From Acinetobacter wanghuae (GTDB taxonomy: Bacteria > Pseudomonadota > Gammaproteobacteria > Pseudomonadales > Moraxellaceae): a DNA stretch of 32,000 nt. Below are positions 26,087 to 32,000 of this stretch, piece after piece; position 1 is the stretch's first letter, and every line of letters starts with the position of its first letter. The notes under the pieces were generated by a model. That model did no database searches and was not told the origin of the DNA. It saw only the letters and a list, made by a program, of their open reading frames with translations. The translations under genes were made by a program, and so were the position numbers. The stretch lies in the NCBI RefSeq assembly GCF_009557235.1, contig NZ_CP045650.1, forward strand, positions 1,080,001-1,112,000, in the 5' to 3' direction.

Positions 26087-28321
26087 ATGGCTGGTGGAAA
26101 GTCAACAATCATTTACACACTGACCGACGAGGCGCCATTGTTGGCGACTTACTCGCTACTGCCGATTATTGAGACCTTTACTAAGCCGGCTGGCGTTGAG
26201 ATTGTTAAAAGTGACATCTCTGTTGCTATTCGCGTGCTTTCAGAATTCTCAGATTGCTTAACTGAAGCACAAAAGGTTCCTGATAACCTTGCTGAGCTTG
26301 GTCGTCTTACACAAGACCCAGACACTAATATTATTAAACTCCCAAATATCAGTGCATCTGTTGGTCAATTGACAGCGTGTATTAAAGAACTTCAGTCTAA
26401 AGGCTATGCACTTCCAGACTATCCTGAAAATCCAACGACTGAAGAAGAAAAATCAATCAAGACTCGCTATAGCAAATGTCTTGGTTCTGCTGTAAACCCA
26501 GTATTACGTGAAGGTAACTCAGACCGTCGTGCACCAGCAGCAGTTAAAAACTATGTGAAAAAACACCCACACTCAATGACTGAGTGGAAGCAATGGTCAC
26601 AAACTCACGTGTCACACATGGATGAAGGCGACTTCTACCATGGTGAAAAATCAATGACGCTTGACCGTGCTCGCAATGTAAAAATGGAACTTATCACAAA
26701 TAGTGGTAAAACTATTGTTCTTAAAGAAAAAGTTGCGCTTAAAGACGGCGAAATCATTGATTCAATGTTCATGAGCAAGAAAGCACTTTGCGACTTCTAC
26801 GAAAAAGAATTAGATGATTGTAAAGAAGCAGGCATTTTGTTCTCTTTACACGTAAAAGCAACCATGATGAAAGTGTCACATCCGATCGTGTTCGGTCACT
26901 GTGTCCGCATCTACTATAAAGAAGCGTTTGAAAAACACGCGAAATTGTTTGAAGAACTTGGCATTAACGTGAATAACGGTATGGCAGGTCTTTACGAAAA
27001 AATCGAGACTTTACCAACGTCTCAACGTGAAGAAATCATCCGTGATTTACACGCATGCCAAGAACACCGTCCTGCTTTAGCGATGGTTGACTCTGCAAAA
27101 GGTATTACTAATTTCCATTCACCAAATGACGTGATTGTAGATGCATCTATGCCTGCAATGATTCGTGGTGGCGGTAAAATGTGGGGTGCTGACGGCAAAC
27201 CTTACGACTGTAAAGCAGTCATGCCTGAATCTACATTTGCGCGTATTTACCAAGAAATGATCAATTTCTGTAAATGGAATGGTAATTTCGATCCACAAAC
27301 CATGGGTACTGTACCGAACGTTGGTTTGATGGCGCAAAAAGCGGAAGAATACGGTTCACACGACAAAACCTTTGAAATTTCTGAAGCGGGTATTGCCAAC
27401 ATCACTGACCTTGAAACAGGTGAAGTGTTGATGTCACAAAACGTGGAAGAAGGCGATATCTGGCGTATGTGTCAGGTGAAAGATGCTCCGATCCGTGACT
27501 GGGTAAAACTTGCGGTAACTCGCGCACGTAACTCTGGCATGCCGGCAATCTTCTGGTTAGACCCGTACCGTCCACACGAAAATGAATTGATCAAGAAAGT
27601 TGAAAAATACTTGAAAGATCATGACACTGAAGGTCTAGATATCCAAATCATGTCACAAGTACGTGCAATGCGTTATACGCTTGAACGTGTTGCGCGTGGT
27701 CTAGATACCATCTCTGTGACTGGTAACATCTTACGTGACTACTTAACAGACTTGTTCCCAATTATGGAATTGGGTACTTCTGCGAAAATGTTGTCGATCG
27801 TTCCGTTAATGGCGGGCGGTGGTATGTACGAAACTGGCGCAGGCGGTTCTGCACCTAAACACGTACAACAGCTTGTAGAAGAAAACCACTTACGTTGGGA
27901 TTCTCTTGGTGAGTTCATGGCACTAGCGGTATCGTTAGAAGAAATGGGCATCAAAGAAAACAACGAACGTACGAAGCTACTTGCGAAAACACTGGATCAA
28001 GCAACAGGTAAACTTCTTGATAACGACAAGTCTCCATCACGTCGTACAGGTGAGCTTGATAACCGTGGCAGTCACTTCTACCTTGCAAAATTCTGGGCAG
28101 AAGAGCTTGCAAACCAAGATCAAGATGCTGAGTTGAAAGCGAAGTTTGCACCACTTGCAAAAACACTTGCTGAAAATGAAGACAAGATCGTTGCTGAGCT
28201 TGCTGAAGTTCAAGGCAAACCTGTTGATATCGGTGGTTATTACGCTGTAGATCAAGAGAAAGTAAATGCAGTAATGCGTCCAAGCGCAACATTGAACGCA
28301 GCGCTTGCTTCTGTACAATAA
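26087..28321 (+). CDS. icd: Monomeric NADP-dependent isocitrate dehydrogenase
   Basis: 744 aa from [28 protein letters not shown]. The size and N-terminus are typical of monomeric-type IDH, with conserved stretches such as [17 protein letters not shown] and [33 protein letters not shown]. The track's upstream extension from 26030 has no support. Confidence 0.9.
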   Translation: MAGGKSTIIYTLTDEAPLLATYSLLPIIETFTKPAGVEIVKSDISVAIRVLSEFSDCLTEAQKVPDNLAELGRLTQDPDTNIIKLPNISASVGQLTACIKELQSKGYALPDYPENPTTEEEKSIKTRYSKCLGSAVNPVLREGNSDRRAPAAVKNYVKKHPHSMTEWKQWSQTHVSHMDEGDFYHGEKSMTLDRARNVKMELITNSGKTIVLKEKVALKDGEIIDSMFMSKKALCDFYEKELDDCKEAGILFSLHVKATMMKVSHPIVFGHCVRIYYKEAFEKHAKLFEELGINVNNGMAGLYEKIETLPTSQREEIIRDLHACQEHRPALAMVDSAKGITNFHSPNDVIVDASMPAMIRGGGKMWGADGKPYDCKAVMPESTFARIYQEMINFCKWNGNFDPQTMGTVPNVGLMAQKAEEYGSHDKTFEISEAGIANITDLETGEVLMSQNVEEGDIWRMCQVKDAPIRDWVKLAVTRARNSGMPAIFWLDPYRPHENELIKKVEKYLKDHDTEGLDIQIMSQVRAMRYTLERVARGLDTISVTGNILRDYLTDLFPIMELGTSAKMLSIVPLMAGGGMYETGAGGSAPKHVQQLVEENHLRWDSLGEFMALAVSLEEMGIKENNERTKLLAKTLDQATGKLLDNDKSPSRRTGELDNRGSHFYLAKFWAEELANQDQDAELKAKFAPLAKTLAENEDKIVAELAEVQGKPVDIGGYYAVDQEKVNAVMRPSATLNAALASVQ

Positions 28322-28360
28322 ATCTAAAAACAAATTTTGCCTAAATAGGTAGAAAATGTG

Positions 28361-28395
28361 AAAAAAAGCCGGTGCTTCTGCATCGGCTTTTTTTA
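28361..28395 (+). terminator. Rho-independent terminator of icd
   Basis: AGCCGGTG (28367-28374) pairs with CATCGGCT (28381-28388), including one G-U pair, around a 6-nt loop. A T-run follows. Confidence 0.75.
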
Positions 28396-28577
28396 TGGAT
28401 TTTTAAATTTCATGAAATTTTATAAGAAAAATAATGCTTTAGAAATTATATAAAATCGCTTAAAAATGATGCATTTTGCTATTCAATTGTGAAGCATGGC
28501 TTGTTAATGTCTTGCCTCATTTATCGTTGCGCTATGCCACGAAATATCAGAAATACCTAGGGAAAGATGATTTAACC

Positions 28578-30722
28578 ATGAAGAAACATTCATTGGGATT
28601 TAAGCAACCGGTTTTGGTCAGCATGTTGATGGCAGCCTACTCAAATTCAACGTATGCACAGGATTTTGAACAGCATCCAAGTCATGCGCAAAATATTCAG
28701 TTAGCACCACTCTTGATTACAGTGGATGCTGAAAGTAATGAAGATGCATCCACTCAAAAATTACAACGTGTTGCCGGTGCAACCAATATGATTTCGTCTC
28801 AAGACATTAAGCAAAATAGGCTTGCAAACACAGAAGATATTTTAAAATTACAGCCCGGGATTTATGCCAAATCTGCAGGCAACGAGGGTGTTAAGGTGTC
28901 GATTCGTGGTTCAGGGATTAACCGTGCACCGGGTGCACATGCATCGGGTGTATTTGTACTATTAGATGACATTCCATTTACGGGACCCGGCGGCACACCG
29001 TATGAGCTACTCGAGCCGCTTTGGTTAAGTCGTGCTGAGGTTTATCGTGGGGCAAATGGTTTTGATGTAGGTGCATTGGCATTGGGTGGTGCAATTAACT
29101 ATCAAACACATACAGGTTTAGATGCTAAAAAACTTCAGTTACGCACGGAGATCGGCGGTCATGGCTACCAAAGATATGCCTTAAGCTCAGGGCAGCAAAT
29201 AGATGACTTAGATTATTATATCTCACTCAATACATCACGTTATGATGGATATCAAAATCATGCAGCAGGCGATAGTCAGGGGGTTGCTGCAAATGTAGGC
29301 TATCAAATCAGCCCAGAAATCGAAACACGCTTTTATTTACGTTATAGAGAAACGGAACATCAAACACCCGGTCGTTTAACTAAAGATCAAATTGAAAATG
29401 CCCCACAGAGTGCCAATCCAAATAACTTAGAATGGGATGCTAAACGTATTCAACCGGGGAGTACGTGGTTTGCCAATAAAACCACTTTTAAGCTAAAAGA
29501 TGATGCTGAATTGGTGGCAAGTTTGGCGTATCACAACTATCCCATGGATTTACAAGAAAGCCCATATCGTGTTGATGTGACCTATTCAGATGTAACGGCA
29601 AGTTTAAATTATAAAAAACCTCATGTATTATTTGATCGAGAGAGTATTTTCAAAATTTTACTCAGAAGTACCACACATCGACCTGATACGGGCGTAATCG
29701 AGTCTTTACGGTCTGACCTGAATGGTTTTGAGGCAGGCACTGTAACTCGTAAATTTACCTATCGTGGCTCAGATAATGTCTTACAGTTCAGTCATGATTT
29801 AGCATTAACGCAAGATCTGCATTTACAAACGGGATTAGCTGCTATTTATACGCATAGGGAAAGTGAGGTTTACTATCCATATACAGGTGAGAAATTAAGT
29901 GAATATGATTGGAATTTTGCACCACGTTTAGGGCTACTTTATGCACTAACTCCAACGCTACAGCTTTATAGTAATGTAAGTAGAAGTATTGAGCCTGCCC
30001 ATCCTTGGTCAATGATTTGGGGCTCAAACCAATATTTCCCAGATAATAGTGGTGCTGCTACAGATCGACAACGCGCACCGATTCATTTAGATACCCAAAC
30101 AGCACAAACGGTTGAATTTGGTGGGCGTGGTGAAAGTAGATTTGGGCAGTGGGATCTTAGTTATTATTATGCAAAAGTTAAAAATGAACTCCTAAATGTG
30201 GAAATTTCACAGGAACCATCATCGGTGATTGCAGAGTCGAATGCCTCCGATACCATCCATCAAGGCGTAGAGTTCGGCTTAATCAGTCCATTATTTTCGT
30301 CTGAACAATGGGGTGATTTATCATTCAGACAAGCATATACCTATAGCGATTTTCATTATAAAAATGATCCAATTTTTGGCAAGAATCAATTGGCTGGCTT
30401 GCCTAAACATCTTTACCAAGCACAGTTGAAATTTGATTTTCCTCAAGGCTTTTATGCAGCTATCGATGCCGAATATCGTTCAGAACTTCCCGTCGATTAC
30501 GCTAACTCCTTTAAGGCAGATGCTTACACGCTTTGGGGCGCAAGTTTGGGCTATCAAGCTGCGGATCAGCAATGGAATGCATGGCTCGATTTTAAAAATC
30601 TGAGCAATACCCGCTATGCGGCAACAGTAACCCCAGGTTATGATGATGCAGGCAAAGATATTGCACGATCGACCTCAGGTGAAAGTTTTTCAACCTATGC
30701 GGGTATTACATTTAACTTCTAA
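28578..30722 (+). CDS. TonB-dependent outer-membrane receptor (siderophore/metal type)
   Basis: Start at MKKHSLGFKQPVLVSMLMAAYSNSTYA|Q (signal peptide). Plug-domain motifs are present (ATNMISSQDIKQNRLANTEDILKLQPGIYA, VSIRGSG). The beta-barrel ends in the terminal aromatic residue of ...YAGITFNF. Confidence 0.85.
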   Translation: MKKHSLGFKQPVLVSMLMAAYSNSTYAQDFEQHPSHAQNIQLAPLLITVDAESNEDASTQKLQRVAGATNMISSQDIKQNRLANTEDILKLQPGIYAKSAGNEGVKVSIRGSGINRAPGAHASGVFVLLDDIPFTGPGGTPYELLEPLWLSRAEVYRGANGFDVGALALGGAINYQTHTGLDAKKLQLRTEIGGHGYQRYALSSGQQIDDLDYYISLNTSRYDGYQNHAAGDSQGVAANVGYQISPEIETRFYLRYRETEHQTPGRLTKDQIENAPQSANPNNLEWDAKRIQPGSTWFANKTTFKLKDDAELVASLAYHNYPMDLQESPYRVDVTYSDVTASLNYKKPHVLFDRESIFKILLRSTTHRPDTGVIESLRSDLNGFEAGTVTRKFTYRGSDNVLQFSHDLALTQDLHLQTGLAAIYTHRESEVYYPYTGEKLSEYDWNFAPRLGLLYALTPTLQLYSNVSRSIEPAHPWSMIWGSNQYFPDNSGAATDRQRAPIHLDTQTAQTVEFGGRGESRFGQWDLSYYYAKVKNELLNVEISQEPSSVIAESNASDTIHQGVEFGLISPLFSSEQWGDLSFRQAYTYSDFHYKNDPIFGKNQLAGLPKHLYQAQLKFDFPQGFYAAIDAEYRSELPVDYANSFKADAYTLWGASLGYQAADQQWNAWLDFKNLSNTRYAATVTPGYDDAGKDIARSTSGESFSTYAGITFNF

Positions 30723-30770
30723 CATCATTTAAATGTATTTTGCTGCTTCATATGACTGGATCTTGGAATA

Positions 30771-30802
30771 AAAAAAGAGAAGCACGGGCTTCTCTTTTTT
30801 TT
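30771..30802. terminator. Bidirectional rho-independent terminator between the receptor gene and the OsmC-family gene
   Basis: GAGAAGC (30777-30783) pairs with GCTTCTC (30788-30794) around a 4-nt loop. An A-run lies on the left and a T-run on the right. Confidence 0.8.
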
Positions 30803-30817
30803 GCTCTAATCTTGGTT

Positions 30818-31240
30818 TTATTCTGCTTCTAAAACTTCAAAATCATGGCTAATTTCGACACCACCATCCATCAGCATTTTACTTGCAGAGCAATATTTTT
30901 CAGCTGAAAGTTCCACGGCTTTTGCCACTTGTTTTTCTTTCACCGCTTTACCTGTGATCACAAAATGGAGATGGATTTTGGTAAATACCGCAGGAATGGT
31001 ATCGGCACGTTCTGCTTTTAGTTCACAACGTACGTCGGTAATCTCTTGACGCGCTTTTTTTAATATGGTGACAATGTCAAAAGACGCACAACCGCCAAGA
31101 CCAGTCAAAAGGAGTTCCATTGGACGTGGACCACGGTTTTCACCGCCGTATTCAGGTGAACCATCCATGATAACACTATGACCGCTTTGAGTTTTTGCCT
31201 CGAAAGCAACATTCTCTAGCCAATGAACACTTGTTTGCAT
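30818..31240 (-). CDS. OsmC/Ohr-family peroxiredoxin-like protein
   Basis: 140 aa. GPRPMELLLTGLGGCASFDIVTILKK and AVELSAEKYCSASKML contain the two conserved Cys of the OsmC family. Confidence 0.8.
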   Translation of the reverse strand: MQTSVHWLENVAFEAKTQSGHSVIMDGSPEYGGENRGPRPMELLLTGLGGCASFDIVTILKKARQEITDVRCELKAERADTIPAVFTKIHLHFVITGKAVKEKQVAKAVELSAEKYCSASKMLMDGGVEISHDFEVLEAE

Positions 31241-31388
31241 TGCAACTACCTAAAAAAAGCTATAAATTTACGAAAGTACCTGTACACTAACATAAATTGA
31301 GTTGATAAGGAATTTCATCTCTAACAAGTGATACGTTCACTTTAGGTCTTGTGCGATCTATAAATTATCCATATTCGGAACTGTTAGC

Positions 31389-32000
31389 ATGACATCAAAT
31401 TTTTCACAACTAAGCACAGATGCACTTTCTCCGGGGCAACTTCCTGATTCGGTTAAAGCATTATTAAAACGTGCGTATATTAATCGTTATCCTAAACGTA
31501 CAACTATTATCGATGCAGGGTCAGAGTCTAAATCTCTGTATTTAATTCTGAAGGGGTCTGTATCTATTATTCTTCGTGAAGACGACGAACGTGAAATTGT
31601 CGTTGCTTATTTGAATGCGGGTGACTTCTTTGGGGAAATGGGGTTATTCGAGTCAAATCCGCAACGTACAGCAGAAGTTCGAACCCGTGATGTCTGTGAA
31701 ATTGCAGAAATCACTTACGAGAACTTCCACGAACTGAGCAAGCAATATCCTGATTTAAGTTATGCAGTATTTGCTCAGTTAGTCCGTCGTTTAAAAAATA
31801 CCACACGTAAAGTCACGGATCTTGCATTTATTGATGTATCAGGTCGTATTGCACGTTGTTTAATTGACCTATCAGCGCAACCAGAAGCGATGATTCTGCC
31901 AAATGGACGCCAAATCCGTATTACCCGTCAAGAGATTGGTCGTATTGTGGGGTGTTCGCGTGAAATGGTCGGTCGTGTGTTAAAAACGCTTGAAGAGCAA
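31389..32000 (+). CDS. vfr: CRP/Vfr-family cAMP-responsive global regulator, 3'-truncated by the window edge
   Basis: The ATG at 31389 opens a frame that runs to nt 32000 (204 codons); it is absent from the ORF track because there is no stop in the window. It has a cNMP-binding domain (LYLILKGSVSIILREDDEREIVVAYLNAGDFFGEMGLF). The HTH RITRQEIGRIVGCSREMVGRVLKTLEEQ is nearly identical to the CRP/Vfr recognition helix. Confidence 0.85.
   Translation, partial: MTSNFSQLSTDALSPGQLPDSVKALLKRAYINRYPKRTTIIDAGSESKSLYLILKGSVSIILREDDEREIVVAYLNAGDFFGEMGLFESNPQRTAEVRTRDVCEIAEITYENFHELSKQYPDLSYAVFAQLVRRLKNTTRKVTDLAFIDVSGRIARCLIDLSAQPEAMILPNGRQIRITRQEIGRIVGCSREMVGRVLKTLEEQ

Noticed and set aside
20103-26172. 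Small ORFs in AT-rich intergenic DNA: 20103-20288, 23379-23594, 25613-25837 and 25984-26172.
   Set aside because: They have low-complexity, Ile/Leu/Lys/Phe-rich translations typical of random ORFs in AT-rich spacers, with no RBS and no motif. The 25984 ORF overlaps the icd promoter and leader.
28425-28485. A possible Fur box upstream of the TonB-dependent receptor, in A/T-rich stretches such as AAATAATGCTTTAGAAATTAT and AAATGATGCATTTTGCTATTC.
   Set aside because: Alignment to the GATAATGATAATCATTATC consensus gives only a partial, shift-dependent match. I cannot distinguish it from generic AT-rich promoter DNA.
2559-28577. N-terminal extensions proposed by the ORF track for the DUF3987 gene (2559), the Sel1 gene (23462), the recombinase-like gene (22713), icd (26030) and the TonB receptor (28476).
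   Set aside because: Internal ATG starts give canonical N-termini: signal peptides, or [11 protein letters not shown] for monomeric IDH. They have better RBS spacing and avoid overlap with upstream genes.
997-29950. Short antisense or overlapping ORFs in the track. These are 997-1230, 2085-2291, 5241-5453, 5634-5846, 5974-6186, 15955-16137, 19664-19888, 20768-20956, 21888-22112, 22479-22769, 27119-27337, 27739-27963, 27951-28292, 28037-28333 and 29842-30027.
   Set aside because: Each lies inside, and antisense or out of frame to, a longer ORF with recognisable family motifs or better gene context. None has an evident RBS or family signature.

Overview
This is a 32-kb AT-rich segment. Its gene content (monomeric isocitrate dehydrogenase, Vfr-type CRP, OsmC, a TonB-dependent receptor, IS982-family IS copies) suggests an Acinetobacter/Moraxellaceae-type chromosome. 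That taxon call is an inference made without any database search.

nt 1-25337 is accessory DNA that reads as two integrative islands inserted in tandem at one att site.

(1) Island 1 runs from before nt 1 to 6846. It is a compact phage-satellite-like element: P4-type integrase, a coupled unknown ORF, AlpA, a Rha-family regulator and a DUF3987-type P-loop replication protein. These are followed by a 340-nt iteron-rich candidate origin and a divergent two-gene cargo of envelope proteins.

(2) Island 2 (6847-25313) opens with two adjacent P4-type integrases. It carries a roughly 7.1-kb Bap-like RTX/Ig-repeat adhesin gene built from near-identical 498-bp tandem units, broken by five frame-disrupting deletions and bracketed by two inverted, near-identical 976-bp IS982-family elements. 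It also carries a coupled operon encoding a small protein plus a 740-aa protein with a C-terminal tyrosine-recombinase domain, a secreted Sel1-repeat protein and several orphan ORFs.

The island right ends share a 24-25-nt direct repeat with a 16-nt perfect core, TTGGATATACCTACCA. They also share a conserved upstream pair of heptamer repeats. Each core copy is followed by a short in-frame gene tail plus a stop codon. This suggests the integration target is the 3' end of a protein-coding gene lying left of the window.

nt 25338-32000 is ordinary core genome: icd, a TonB-dependent receptor, an OsmC-family protein and vfr (3'-truncated by the window edge). I found no tRNA, rRNA or CRISPR array. 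All protein family calls come from motif recognition by eye, not from searches.
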